Counted from the first letter of the stretch, positions 41,903 through 53,514 are shown. The stretch: 64,000 nucleotides of DNA from Candidatus Bathyarchaeota archaeon (GCA_963768425.1 CAVYHV010000010.1:64001-128000), one strand, 5' to 3'. Numbers and translations: made by a program. The notes: generated from the letters alone by a model not told the origin.

Positions 41903-42349
41903 TAACTACTGATTCTCATAGAAAAAGCATTTGTGAACAGGTCCGATCTTTTTGAGTTTGAACTAACATTGAGGTCTTTGACACTCGTAAATTGGGGTTC
42001 AGATCCCGCCCAATTCAGCCCGATTCATAAGCTGATTTTAAAAAAATGGCACTTGAAAAAATGAAGGTCTTGACCTATTTGGCTCTGGACCACGCGGCCT
42101 ACTACAAACTTTTTTCCTATTCTACCGCCTAAAAGCGTCTTTTTTCTTCAAAGCGATCTTTAGTTTCTTCCTTAACCTTTCGTTAAAGACGTTCCCAGAT
42201 TTCGTCTGGCGGGCTAAAAGCTATTTCTTATCATGAAAGCATAAGTAGCTGATAAATTTATATTTTGAATTCACAACCCATTTATTTTGTTTTACCGAAA
42301 GTTTCATGTCGAAAACAAAGAATTCGAAAAGACATGGATGACCTGATAG

Positions 42350-44131
42350 TTGAGCCTTTCCGTCTCATTGAATCTTCCAGCGGTAATGTTGAGTGCAATT
42401 CCGGCTATTATTTCAGCGTGCTTCCTAGTCATGTTCTATAAGGATAATGACAAAAGAAAACTAATCGCGGCAATTTCAGTTATGTTCATGTCGCTGTCTT
42501 CAGCGGTCGAAATTTTTGGGCTGCCTCAGTCTTTCTACGTCTTAAACAACCTTTACTGGTGGGGGGACATGCCCGTAATTGCTGCCCTCATACTTTTATT
42601 TGTATCTCAAATGCTAAATTTGAAAATTTACAAAATGGCAATTAAAATTTTCTCTGCCGTTTTTGTCGTCACTCTTTTAATTCTTTTCATCCCTGGATCT
42701 GGAGTAGTCAGCGGAATAACCGTTGATTTTTTGGGCTTAGTCGCCCTCTGCCTATCATCATACCTGTTCTTAAAGCGGAGACGGTTTGTCGATACGTTGT
42801 TTTTCCTCTCTATCTTATCGTTCGATGTTTACGGCTACTCTTGGGGCACAACCATAGGGGTGACATTCAGCTTAGCCTGCTACGCAGCAAGTTTTCTTTT
42901 TGTCGGATTAGCCTTAGGGTTCGCACCGGTTGAAAACGCGTGGGACAGTGGTTCAGTCTTTAAAGTAACCAAGCAATTGGACAAAGCAAAAGAGCGCTTA
43001 AAAGAGCTAGAGATCGAATACAAAACAATCTTTGAATCCGCAAACGACGCTATTTTCGTCGTAGACGTTCAAACAGGATTAATTCTTAACTGCAACAATG
43101 AAGCGAGCATACTTCTTGAGGTTGAAAAAGAAGAGATTGTTGGTAAGAATGAGAAAACACTATTTCCAAATCAAAATGAGATGGTTTTGTCGCCGTCTTT
43201 TCTCAAGCAAGCTCCTGGAACCTCTGGAAATGTAGAGTTGCAGGTAGTTACCCGCAGGGGAGAAGTTAAGGATGTCGAGGCAAAACTGCGATCGTTCGAA
43301 CATGCAGGCGAGATTCTTCTAGTCGGCGTGTTCCGAGACGTAACTGAACAGAAGCGCAATGCCAAAGATTTGGCTTTAGCCTTAGAGTATCTTTCGAGCC
43401 AAAATGATAAGGTGCAAGCCCTTAACGAGAAGCTTAGAGTTGTTGGCGGTTTAACAAGGCATGATGTTAGAAACAAGCTTATGGCCGCTAACAACAATGC
43501 ATACATTCTAAGAAAGAGAATTGCAGATCAGCCTGAGCTTGTGAAGTACTTAGAAGGGATAGAGTCGGCAATTAAACAGTGTGAAAAACTGTTTGAGTTT
43601 AGCCGTCTTTTTGAGAAAATCGGCGTTGAAGAGCTCTCAGAGGTAAGCGTTGAAGATTGTTTTAATCAAGCTGCTGGCATAATAGCTAAGCCTGAAATAA
43701 CAGTAGTAAACAAGTGTAGCGGGCTAACGGTTGTGGCAGACAAAATGCTCACACAACTGTTCTACAACCTAATTGACAACTCCCAAAAACACGGCAGCAC
43801 AATCTCCCAAATAACACTTCACTATGCTGTTGAAGAAGGAAAAATGATTCTGTACTATGAAGACAACGGCGTTGGAATACCTATAGAGAACAAGGAAAGA
43901 ATTTTTTCTGAAGGCTTCACGACTGGCGGGTCAGGATTAGGGTTGAAACTGATTAAAAAAATGATCGAAGCATACGGATGGACGATTGAAGAAAACGGTG
44001 TTCCTAACAACGGAGCCAAGTTCCAAATAACGATCCCTACGACAAATTCAGCGACTGAAGAGCAAAAAATTAGTATGCTTCCAAATTTGGAAACCAAGTT
44101 AACACCAAGTAACCTCTTAGAAACAAAATAG
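42350..44131 (+). CDS. Membrane-bound PAS sensor histidine kinase
   Basis: About 7 TM helices, PAS domain, TRHDVRNKL H-box, NLIDNS, DNGVGI, GSGLGL. Confidence 0.92.
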   Translation: MSLSVSLNLPAVMLSAIPAIISACFLVMFYKDNDKRKLIAAISVMFMSLSSAVEIFGLPQSFYVLNNLYWWGDMPVIAALILLFVSQMLNLKIYKMAIKIFSAVFVVTLLILFIPGSGVVSGITVDFLGLVALCLSSYLFLKRRRFVDTLFFLSILSFDVYGYSWGTTIGVTFSLACYAASFLFVGLALGFAPVENAWDSGSVFKVTKQLDKAKERLKELEIEYKTIFESANDAIFVVDVQTGLILNCNNEASILLEVEKEEIVGKNEKTLFPNQNEMVLSPSFLKQAPGTSGNVELQVVTRRGEVKDVEAKLRSFEHAGEILLVGVFRDVTEQKRNAKDLALALEYLSSQNDKVQALNEKLRVVGGLTRHDVRNKLMAANNNAYILRKRIADQPELVKYLEGIESAIKQCEKLFEFSRLFEKIGVEELSEVSVEDCFNQAAGIIAKPEITVVNKCSGLTVVADKMLTQLFYNLIDNSQKHGSTISQITLHYAVEEGKMILYYEDNGVGIPIENKERIFSEGFTTGGSGLGLKLIKKMIEAYGWTIEENGVPNNGAKFQITIPTTNSATEEQKISMLPNLETKLTPSNLLETK

Positions 44132-44545
44132 AAAGAAACGAATAGTTTTAACTGAATTGTCCTTGAATCTGTAAGACTCTTAGAGTATACTATACTTAAC
44201 TATGGAGCTATTTCTTGTACGCATTATTCGAGTCAATAGGAAGAAACAGTTAGCCAAGATTTCGATTTGACTGCAAAGTGTTAAATATTCGGAAAAGTTC
44301 GAATCATTTCGACACGCAATTATCTAAAACTGTTTAGATGAAAAAAGGGAAAATGGGTAACGTTCCAGTACATCCAACGTACAAATGCCTGCGGTTCCGC
44401 AACATTTTATAACTTGGATTTTTTAGGTCACTAAGGTTCCAAAGTATACATTTAGGCTGCTCAAATCGGGATTTAACCTTGTCGAATTCATGGCGACCGC
44501 AAGTCTTAAAGCTAAATCGCATCAATCTTGATTGAGGAAATTCTG

Positions 44546-44890
44546 ATGGTTTACTGCAGTAAATGTGGCACTCAAAATCCAGATTCTAACACCGTATGCT
44601 CGAACTGCGGCGCTCCCCTATACACGGTCGGTCAACATTATCATGGAAGTGATCGAGAACACTACCGTCGCATGGAAAACGAATGCTTTGGCTTGCCCAA
44701 CGGAGGCATGATTGTGGGCGTCGTTATTGGTGCAATCATAATCCTTGTCGGGTTAGGCTTGTTCCTGCAAGCTACATATGGCATATCGATTAATTTTTGA
44801 CCAATTATAGTAATCATCTTCGGATTGCTCATCGTGTTGGGTGCAATTTTTGGGCGTAGACGATATAGCGAGCACCCATCTAATCCCTAA
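44546..44890 (+). CDS. Zinc-ribbon membrane protein interrupted by an in-frame TGA at 44798-44800
   Basis: MVYCSKCG...CSNCG; frame continues INF*PIIVIIFGLLIVLGAIFGRRRY, a second TM helix. Confidence 0.72.
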
Positions 44891-45579
44891 ACGCAGCGTC
44901 CGCATGCCGCACAGTTTCTTTTGTTGTTCCATTCTGAAAGAAAAATCCTAAACCACAACATAAAAACGATTAATCCCAGCACATATGCATCAACCAACAG
45001 GTTTTGCCCAACCAAATCAGCAACAATCAGAGTCATACACGAGCCAACCACAAACAAAGCATTCACCACCATTTTGACGAAACCGTTCATCTTTATTTGA
45101 ACCAACCCAACAAGCATCAAAACTCCACCGATCGCCAGAAGACAAAGGTTCCCCGTTTCCAAATCAAAAAAACCTAAACAAAACAAAAATATTCCTACCA
45201 GGGCAGCTATTGCTCCCACCAACAAGCCACTGCATGCAGCGCAAAAAACCGAGTTCCTGATTGTGATCCTGTTAGCCGAAAACCTTTCGCAGTCTGGGTG
45301 GTGCCCTTTGAACTGTATTAGTGTAGCAGACGATTTACCGTTGTCTGAGTAAACGGTAGGTTTTTTGAACATCAGGCGGCACTTATTCGGATAAAACACT
45401 GCAACTATACCCACGATGCAGACCATGCTGTAAATGGCACTTACAAGTGGACGTCGAAAAGGAGACGGGTCCGCTTGCAGGTTAGGCTGAAGCAACAAAA
45501 GTGGGACAATCGCCAACCCAAAAAATGAAATTGCAATTAAAAACGTCAGAAAAAAATTGGAAAACTCAGATTGTGGCAA
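44887..45579 (-). CDS. Cys/His-motif membrane protein
   Basis: About 6 TM helices; GHHPDC, FCAAC, CAACGRC. Confidence 0.7.
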   Translation of the reverse strand: MPQSEFSNFFLTFLIAISFFGLAIVPLLLLQPNLQADPSPFRRPLVSAIYSMVCIVGIVAVFYPNKCRLMFKKPTVYSDNGKSSATLIQFKGHHPDCERFSANRITIRNSVFCAACSGLLVGAIAALVGIFLFCLGFFDLETGNLCLLAIGGVLMLVGLVQIKMNGFVKMVVNALFVVGSCMTLIVADLVGQNLLVDAYVLGLIVFMLWFRIFLSEWNNKRNCAACGRCV

Positions 45580-45588
45580 AGTTTTCGC

Positions 45589-47010
45589 CTAGAACATCGA
45601 TTTGACTTTGGCCAGCACACCTGACATTGCCATATGCCAGAATGTGCGTCGTTTCATCGGATTTTTCGACAATAGCCCCTGGAACCGCCTGTTCCAAGAT
45701 CCATAGAAGCCGCGATAGCAACCATAGAGCTCCTCCTGCACCTGAAGAGTGGAAAGTGTTTCCGTTGGCATTATGGCATGAATCATATCATAGTGGTTCC
45801 AGTTACGATCTTCGATCCATCCGTTACGTTCTGCCTCGGCGTAAATTTCGGTACCCGGAAAAGGCGTCAGGATCCCGAACATGATGAAGTCGGGGTCAAG
45901 GTCGTTGGCGAACTCTCGGAGTTGAATGATGGATTGATGAGTTTCTTTGCGGTTACCAATGATAACCATCGCATGAGCAAAGATGCCGTTGTCACGGAGA
46001 AGGCGCACCGCCGTCTTAGCTTGATTAGGCGTAATTCCTTTCTTAAAGTAGTCCAGCGTACCAGGATTGGAACTCTCTACCCCAAGCAAAACCCAACTTA
46101 ACCCTGACTTCGCCAACCTTGGAAGAATGTCTTTGTTTTGGATAATGTCGTCACATCGAGCCTGAACAAACCATGTCACGTCATGCAACTGTTTGGTTAT
46201 AATCTCTTCGGCGATTTCCTTGGGGCGCTGTCCAGACCCAAAGTTATCATCAGTTAGCCATACCATCTCACTTCCAAACTCCCGATTACAATACGCCATT
46301 TCGTCTGCAATTCGCTTGGCAGATTTGAGACGCCAACAGGCTTGCCAGTGACGCCACTGAGTGCAGAAGGTACATTGGTGGTTGCATCCACGGGATCCTT
46401 CGATAAGAGCGTACGGCGCCCTTTTGCCAGACATCACTGAGAAATGGTATTTGCGCATGTTATTCTTGACAAGATGATAACCTGGAAAAGGCAAATCCTC
46501 TAAGTTTGTAATCAAAGACCTCGGTGGATTTTCAACAACCCTTCCGTTGTTCCTAAATGAGATTCCTTGTATGTCTTGGAACCCCAAATCATGTTGATGT
46601 GCTGTCACCAACTCAGCTAAAGTTTGTTCGCCTTCATTACGGATGATGACATCGATTTCAGGGTATAGTTGGAGGCTATCTTTGGCTGTTGCAGTGAAGT
46701 GTTGTCCGCCTGTTACAGTTAGAACTTTAGGCGACACACGTTTAGCGGTTTCAAGAGTTTTCGCGACGGCATATGTGTTGCATGTGGCCAGAGAAGCGGA
46801 AGCCACGATATCCGGGTTAGAAGCGGCAATGCGCTCTTCCATTTTCTTCCAATCGACTTTCTCAGCGTTGCAATCGAGAATTTCCAGTTTGAGATTTTTG
46901 TTTTCTCTTTCCAGATAAGCGGCAAGTTGGATGATGCCAAAGGGCGGCGGTAGGTATTCGCCCATGACAAACCATATATCTTTTGGCGGCTCGATAAACA
47001 GGACTTTCAA
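45589..47010 (-). CDS. Cobalamin-binding radical SAM protein (BchE-like/class B)
   Basis: N-terminal B12-binding domain (GGQH, EGE), SRGCNHQCTFC, LTPFPGT. Confidence 0.93.
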   Translation of the reverse strand: MKVLFIEPPKDIWFVMGEYLPPPFGIIQLAAYLERENKNLKLEILDCNAEKVDWKKMEERIAASNPDIVASASLATCNTYAVAKTLETAKRVSPKVLTVTGGQHFTATAKDSLQLYPEIDVIIRNEGEQTLAELVTAHQHDLGFQDIQGISFRNNGRVVENPPRSLITNLEDLPFPGYHLVKNNMRKYHFSVMSGKRAPYALIEGSRGCNHQCTFCTQWRHWQACWRLKSAKRIADEMAYCNREFGSEMVWLTDDNFGSGQRPKEIAEEIITKQLHDVTWFVQARCDDIIQNKDILPRLAKSGLSWVLLGVESSNPGTLDYFKKGITPNQAKTAVRLLRDNGIFAHAMVIIGNRKETHQSIIQLREFANDLDPDFIMFGILTPFPGTEIYAEAERNGWIEDRNWNHYDMIHAIMPTETLSTLQVQEELYGCYRGFYGSWNRRFQGLLSKNPMKRRTFWHMAMSGVLAKVKSMF

Positions 47011-47083
47011 ACGAGAGTCTCCTAAGCCACTGATTAGTTCATTTTGCTTATTAGACTGTCGTTGAACAACTCTTCACGAATTT

Positions 47084-47545
47084 TCAATATGGTGAAACAT
47101 CTACTTTATCCCATTCAAAACCAATAGAAATATGGTATGCACTAGTACTGAACTTCGAGAGAAGCTGCCGCAAATTAGCAATCGTTTCTCCTTCATTGCC
47201 TTTTTCGCAGCTCAGAATCGCAACAATGTTGTGAACTCCATAGCATTTCCAAACAAGCTTGATGTTTGGCAGTTGGCAGACGGCTTCAATGACTTTTTCT
47301 GTGTCACCATAAGAAACCTCCATACCTATACAAATAGCTGACAGATTTAGGATTTTATAGTTTGGTATTGCCATTATTTTCTTTTCGATAACGTTGTTTT
47401 TTTCTAGTTTTTCTATTCTTCTGTAAACCGTTCCCCTTGTTACATTTAGAATCTTGGCCAAATCGTCGTAAGAATGAATTCCGCTGCAAATTTCGTGAAG
47501 AATCTTCTTGTCTAATTCATCCAAAGAAGCTGACAAAGCGGTCAC
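47084..47545 (-). CDS. Lrp/AsnC regulator
   Basis: LDELDKKIL...TVYRRIEKLE. Confidence 0.88.
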   Translation of the reverse strand: MTALSASLDELDKKILHEICSGIHSYDDLAKILNVTRGTVYRRIEKLEKNNVIEKKIMAIPNYKILNLSAICIGMEVSYGDTEKVIEAVCQLPNIKLVWKCYGVHNIVAILSCEKGNEGETIANLRQLLSKFSTSAYHISIGFEWDKVDVSPY

Positions 47546-47805
47546 TGGACCTATTTGTATTTAAGATAAGTTACTTAAAAGATGTTGCATTTTCCCCTTT
47601 ACTTTGTTTCAATTGAACAAGAAATAAAAACCTTCAAAAATAGTTCTCTTACGTGATGCGTGTTCTGTAAAACGCTTAAAAAATATTATTTTGTATCACG
47701 CGGTAAATACTAATTGTACATTCATGTTTAAAGTGCCTCGAGAAAAGGGGGCTTTGAACGAAAGGAAAAGATCCTCAGAAGAAACATAATCCATCTTCTG
47801 AACCC

Positions 47806-48255
47806 ATGATTTTCGACCGAGAAAGGAAAAAGGCTCGCGCGAACAACTTTGTTGAACAAAGTCAATTACGTATTTTACATGTTGATGACGATGATTCTTT
47901 TCTGAAAGTTTCAAAGATGATTTTGGAGTTAGAAAACCAGTTTGAAGTTGACGGGGCAACTTCGGTTGATGAAGCTTTTTGCAAACTGAAAGCGTTAACT
48001 TATGACGCCATTATCTGCGATTACGACATGCCTATAAAAAACGGTTTAGATTTTTTGAAAGAACTCAGAGAACAAAGAAACGACATCGCCTTTGTAATCT
48101 TCACGGGCAGAGGCAGAGAAGAAGTTGCGATTAGAGCATTAAACTTAGGCGCAGATCATTACCTCAACAAGTGTGGTTCTCCTGAAACGGTTTACTGTGA
48201 ATTAGCGCAATCAATTCGTAAGATTGTGGAACGCAAGAAAGAACCGAGCACTTAA
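47806..48255 (+). CDS. Stand-alone response regulator receiver domain
   Basis: ILHVDDD, CDYDMP, FTGRGREE. Confidence 0.88.
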   Translation: MIFDRERKKARANNFVEQSQLRILHVDDDDSFLKVSKMILELENQFEVDGATSVDEAFCKLKALTYDAIICDYDMPIKNGLDFLKELREQRNDIAFVIFTGRGREEVAIRALNLGADHYLNKCGSPETVYCELAQSIRKIVERKKEPST

Positions 48256-48310
48256 GAGGAAATCGAGGCAAAAAAAGTATCAAAAGGAATGGGGCACAAA
48301 AGACTCCTCA

Positions 48311-48899
48311 TCATTTATTGAATGTGTCCGCTGATATTTCTTTTCCAATTGCGAACGCCTGTCCTACGGGTTTCCCAACTTTATGATATGCCATCCCCGC
48401 AGGATTCCAGATGATCGGTTTCATTTTCTCAATGTCTGGGAGGCTCTTTTCATTAAGCACAGAGAAATCGGCTTTGACATCCATGATTTCACCGATGAAC
48501 TCTGTATGTAGCCCAATTTCAATTATTTTCAGAACTTTGCATTCTATAATCAGAGGGAATTCTTTTACATAGGGTGCATCAACAAGGTCGCTTTTCACAG
48601 CGAGTAAGTCCTGTTGCTGTGAATTTATCCACCGTTTTTCCCGAAGTGAGGCCAAAATAATCAGCTTCCTTGGCATAGGTTTCGGATGGAATACTCACTG
48701 TAAACGCTTTCCGTTCCACAATATTATTGTAAGTATACGTTGCTTTTCTCAGAGATACATAGATGCATGGCGGTTGGGAACAACAAATTCCTCCCCAAGC
48801 AGCAGTCATAACATTTGGTTTTCCCTCTCGATCATAAGTTCCTACAACCCAGACAGGTGTCGTGGGAACGATAGTCTTTGCACCCAAAGAATTTTTCAT
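48311..48899 (-). CDS. Flavin reductase/flavoredoxin (one frameshift near 48610)
   Basis: [26 protein letters not shown] split over two frames. Confidence 0.88.
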
Positions 48900-48934
48900 A
48901 AGAAACCTCCCTTAACATTTTGTCTTTTGCGCTG

Positions 48935-49765
48935 CTATTTTGTTTTCACTGCAGATACTTTTACGCTTACTACAGTATTGGCTGTTTCCTTTACCTCTTC
49001 TTCCGTCATATTTGCCATTTTGATTGCATCTTTCAATGTGGATTCACTTATGATGTATTCAAGCGGGTAGGTTTTTTCTTCTAATGACTTTTACTTCTTG
49101 GAACCCAGCTTTTCGCATTAGTTCAAGGTATTTGTCTTTAAGCTCTGCTCCAGAAATGCATCCAGCGTAAGCTTCTACATTTTCTTTGAATGGATTCAGG
49201 CAACTGCTTTCAAGAGCACAATGTCAGAAACCATCAATCGACCGTTCGGGGCAAGGACCCTGAAAGCTTCTTCAAACACACGCTTCTTGTTTGGGGCGAG
49301 GTTGATTACGCAGTTTGAGATTATGACATCAACTGAGTTGTCTGCAACAGGCAGGTTCTCGATTTCTCCGAGCCTAAATTCAACATTTGTGTATTTGCCT
49401 TTTTTGGCGTTTGCTCTTGCTTTGTCGAGCATTTCAGGAGTCATGTCAACGCCTATCACTTTGCCTTGCTTGCCGACTTTTTTGGCTGCTAAAAAGCAGT
49501 CAAAGCCTGCACCTGAACCCAAATCTAAAACTCTTTCGCCCTCTTTCAAAGAAGCTAAAGCAGTTGGATTGCCACAGCCTAAACCAAGATTGGCGCCTTC
49601 TGGAACAGCATTCATCTCTTCTTCGCTGTAACCAATCATTTTGCTTACTTGTTCGTTTGTGGGAGCTGAACAGCAGCTAACATTTGAAGCACAGCAAGAA
49701 CCGTTGGTTTTAGCAACTTTTGCGTAACGATTTCTAACTAATTTCTTAACTTTTTCTTCTTTCAT
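48935..49765 (-). CDS. arsM: Arsenite S-adenosylmethionine methyltransferase (C-terminal frameshifts)
   Basis: CC motifs, [26 protein letters not shown]; AYAGCISGA and C-terminal VSVKVSAVK lie in other frames. Confidence 0.92.
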
Positions 49766-49767
49766 AA

Positions 49768-50021
49768 TTAACTCTCCTGTTTAGTTACTCCTTTAAGCAA
49801 TGGACCAAGCGTTTTGCTTACTGCACCAGCTAACATTTCAGCTTTGATCATCATAATGCAGCATACTTCGCCCTCTTTCTCGCAAGCTACAACGGCTATT
49901 TTATCGTTTGGCTTGAAGTTTGCTTTTTCTCTAAGATCTTTAGGGAGAACGATTTGTCCTTTGACATCCATCGTTACGACTGCATCAATTCTGCAGATGT
50001 CTCCATCACAACTTGTACCAT
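49768..50021 (-). CDS. AbrB/MazE-type DNA-binding protein, HgcC-like (start uncertain)
   Basis: [23 protein letters not shown] swapped-hairpin motif; vicinal CC. Confidence 0.75.
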
Positions 50022-50066
50022 CTTAATCACCTTGCCAAAGAAATGACGCTTCCAAATACTTAAGCA

Positions 50067-50087
50067 TTTCTGATTTTAAATCAGAAA
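50067..50087. promoter_or_regulatory. Palindromic operator TTTCTGATTT-T-AAATCAGAAA in the divergent ars promoter
   Basis: 10-bp inverted repeat between the abrB-arsM unit and acr3. Confidence 0.62.
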
Positions 50088-50259
50088 AATCTGAATACTT
50101 CGTAATTAATATATTCAATATGAAAAGCGAAAATTCCTACCAATCTACTTAAATAAATGGGGATCAAAGTCAGCGTAGCTATCAAGCGTGTTCCTATATG
50201 AGAAGCCCAAAAGCGCGTCGTTACACAGAAATCACGAAACAAGATACCAGGTAAATGGC

Positions 50260-51343
50260 ATGAGTGTACCTTCAACACCCAACAAACCTAAGCCTCACCT
50301 TTCACGGTTAAGCAAGTTTCTAACAGTCTGGATATTCTTAGCAATGGCACTTGGAGTTGCAATAGGCTACATTTATCCGAAGGTCTCCAGCGCCATAGGC
50401 TCTCTAAGCATTGGAACAACCTCAATTCCCATCGCTGTAGGCTTGATTTTGATGATGTATCCTCCACTTGCAAGGGTACGCTACGAAGACCTAAGGAAAG
50501 TGGTAACCGCAAAAGGTTCAAAAACTATGCTCACAGAATCACTTACCCTTAACTGGGTAATTGGACCCTGTTGATGTTTGTTTTAGCTTGGGTTTTCCTT
50601 GGAGCCTACCCCGACCTCAGAAACGGCATAATCCTATCGGCATAGCACGATGCATCGCAATGGTCATAGTATGGAACAACCTTGCCGAAGGCGACAACGA
50701 ATGGACAGCCATACTGGTCGCAATAAACTCAATTTTCCAAATAGTAATGTACTCGGTTCTCGCTTACTTCTACATAACCATAGCCAGCTCCTGGATTTCA
50801 GGTCAGGCAAGTCGTAAACATTTCCTTAATGCAAGTCGCCCAATCAGTAGCGATTTACTTGGGAATCCCATTCTTCGCAGGAATCATAACCAGATACTAC
50901 TTCCTAAAAACCAAAGGAAAAGAATGGTACGAACACAAACTAATGCACAAACTAAGCCATCTTCACTGATTGCGTTGCTATTCACGATTGTGGTGATGTT
51001 CTCACTCAAAGGGCAATACATCGTAAGCTTGCCGTTAGATGTTGTAAGGGTTGCCATTCCCCTCTTAGTCTACTTCATAATAATGTTCTCAGTGGCATTC
51101 GCAATAGGGCACTACTCAAAACTGGGTTACAAAAGAACAACCTCGCTCTCTTTCACCGCAGCCAGCAACAACTTCGAATTAGCCATAGCCGTAGCAGTCG
51201 CGGTTTTCGGTTTAGCTTCACAAGAAGCATTTGCAGCAGTCATAGGACCGTTAATAGAGGTGCCGGTTATGATAAGCTTAGTGAACGTGGCACTCTGGAT
51301 AAGAAAGAAGTATTATGCAGATAAGGAGAATGAAGCTAGCTGA
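50260..51343 (+). CDS. acr3: ACR3 arsenite efflux transporter (several frameshifts)
   Basis: [39 protein letters not shown]. Confidence 0.92.
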
Positions 51344-51557
51344 AGAAGGTAAGAGGAACCAAACTTCGGAGGCTCAAAATTTGAAAATATACGTAGGTCT
51401 AAAAGAAAAAACTAAGCCTGGAATATTTGAATCGGAAACAGAGCCAACCAAGGAGACTCACCCTCAATACGATATCATTTACGGTCCCTTCAAATCAATA
51501 GAAGATGCCGAAAAATACACAAAAGCAATGGGTGAACTAGCCTGTGGTGACAGCTAA
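51330..51557 (+). CDS. Small hypothetical protein
   Basis: Overlaps the acr3 stop; PTKETHPQY...GPF motif. Confidence 0.6.
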   Translation: MKLAEEGKRNQTSEAQNLKIYVGLKEKTKPGIFESETEPTKETHPQYDIIYGPFKSIEDAEKYTKAMGELACGDS

Positions 51558-51580
51558 TTTTTTAGACATGGCGAGACTCG

Positions 51581-51870
51581 ATGAGTGAGGAGCAAATTAG
51601 AATAAGAAGCTGGGAAGAACTCGAGCGTTTAGTCAGTAGCGGTTTGCCGTAGCAGCTCAAAAATAAACTGTGCCATCTGCGCTTCCCCGACAGTTATGGG
51701 CAGACCTGAGTTGATTCGCTCAAGATTGCCTAAAGCGAAGGATTATTTGGATCATCCTTTTGATGACCCTTCCGAAGTGGAGGGAACTGAAGAAGAAAAA
51801 CTTGAGGCTTTCCGTCGTACGAGAGATGAAATGAAAAAGTGAATAATCGAAAAGTTTAGTTCCTGAGCGA
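51581..51870 (+). pseudogene. Deleted duplicate of the 55099 gene 5' end fused to an internal arsC segment
   Basis: MSEEQIRIRSWEE matches 55099; 51692-51803 is near-identical to 55799-55909; contains stops. Confidence 0.85.
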
Positions 51871-51903
51871 TTGTGCACTGTAAGAGAGTTCATTGCATCT
51901 TGC

Positions 51904-53220
51904 TCATGTAATTTTTTTGTGCCGAAACATTATTACTACTGCAGCGATAGCTATAACGACGATCACAACAGCTGCCAGGCAAATAATTTCCAATGTAGAT
52001 ATCATTGGCTGAGTTCCTTGCGAAGGTGTAGACTTTGTCAGTTGGTTACCAAAAGCGTAAACATAATGATCCCACGATCCCACATAAACGACCCCGTTCC
52101 AAACAGCAGGCGAAGAACTCACATGATTTCCAGTTGTGTACGTCCATATGTTTGCTCCACTGGACGCGTTTAGACAATAAACGTTTCCATCCCACCCTCC
52201 AAAGTAAACGTTGCCACCAGCCACTGCAGGAGAGGAATCAACCCCGTCTTGCGTGGCATAGTTCCAGATTTTCGCCCCGGTTAATGCATTGAGGCAATAA
52301 ACGTTTTTGTCTGGGTTTGCCGACTCACCCGTTCCGATGTAAACGTACCCGTTTGCGACTGCAGGGGAAGAGTCAACCCAACTTAAAGTTGGATAGCTCC
52401 ATATTTTTGTTCCGCTTGTCGCGTTAAGGCAATAGACATTATCGTCTTCTGACCCGATGTAGAGGCGACCGTCAACTACTGCAGGTGAAGACTGTATGAC
52501 GTTCCCAGTGGTATAGCTCCAAATTTTCGCGCCAGATGAAGCGTCAAGACAATAAACGTTGCCATTTGAAGAGGCAACATAGATATGATCTCCAACGACT
52601 GCTGGTGAAGACTCCACAAGCCCACCCGTTGAATAATTCCATATTTCGGCGCCATTGGTCGCATCAAAACAGTAAACGTTACCATCCCATGAGCCCACAT
52701 ACACATAACCATTAGCAACTGAGGGACAAGACTCCACAGTATTTCCGGTTGTGAAATTCCAAACTTTTTCGCCTGTTAAAGCGTTCAGGCAATACACGTT
52801 ACGGTCATAACATCCAAAATAGAGGTAACCGTTGGCAACCGCCATTGAAGAACTAATTGCTGGACCCGCACCCTGAAACCCTCGGCTTGCAGTAGCGACA
52901 GTGAAATTCCATACTTCGGATCCATCTGATGCGTTGAGGCAGTAAGCGATTCCGCCGTCAGAACCAATGTAGAGGCGACCATCAACGATTGCAGGCGAAG
53001 CGCCAACTGGGCTGTTGGTCTTAAAGTTCCATAGTAAAGTGGCGTTAGTTGCAGTTGGTTTGCTGGTTGAGTAACCTGAATGAGTAAGGTCATGGTGAAA
53101 CAGCGGCCAATCAGCCGAAGAAGAATTAACAGATGCAAGTGCCGCTGGAAACAATACAAAACAGAAAAAGACTGATATCGTCAAAATAAAAAAGACCTGA
53201 ACATAGTTAGACCTTTTCAT
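51904..53220 (-). CDS. PQQ-like (BamB-type) beta-propeller surface protein
   Basis: About 8 SSPAV..G.VY.GS.DG.VYCLNA.TG.KIW repeats, signal peptide, C-terminal TM helix. Confidence 0.92.
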   Translation of the reverse strand: MKRSNYVQVFFILTISVFFCFVLFPAALASVNSSSADWPLFHHDLTHSGYSTSKPTATNATLLWNFKTNSPVGASPAIVDGRLYIGSDGGIAYCLNASDGSEVWNFTVATASRGFQGAGPAISSSMAVANGYLYFGCYDRNVYCLNALTGEKVWNFTTGNTVESCPSVANGYVYVGSWDGNVYCFDATNGAEIWNYSTGGLVESSPAVVGDHIYVASSNGNVYCLDASSGAKIWSYTTGNVIQSSPAVVDGRLYIGSEDDNVYCLNATSGTKIWSYPTLSWVDSSPAVANGYVYIGTGESANPDKNVYCLNALTGAKIWNYATQDGVDSSPAVAGGNVYFGGWDGNVYCLNASSGANIWTYTTGNHVSSSPAVWNGVVYVGSWDHYVYAFGNQLTKSTPSQGTQPMISTLEIICLAAVVIVVIAIAAVVIMFRHKKIT

Positions 53221-53514
53221 TGTGACCGAACCTTACAAGCAAAATGCAATATAGTTATATTTATTTAATAATATATGCCAAAAAAAAGGAAAAGAGCAGG
53301 ATAAATTCTCCTCCAGATGGACGAATCCCGTCGGATCGGTACAATTCCAAGGCAGGCAAAAAGATTGAGGCTAAGTGTAGGTAGTGTTCGCCCGAATATC
53401 AAGCGCAATACCTTAAACTCAAAAACCTATTTGTCCTGTTCTAAGTAATAAGTAGCGAGAGTATATATTATATTGAGCAAGCCTTTTAAAATCCCGAAAA
53501 CAATACTGAATTAC

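Noticed and set aside
44481-44501. GGCGACCGCA tRNA-Gly 3'-like fragment; similar T-arm-like bits near 37675, 41994 and 53321
   Set aside because: Only about 10-bp matches; they could be older scars but are not distinguishable from chance
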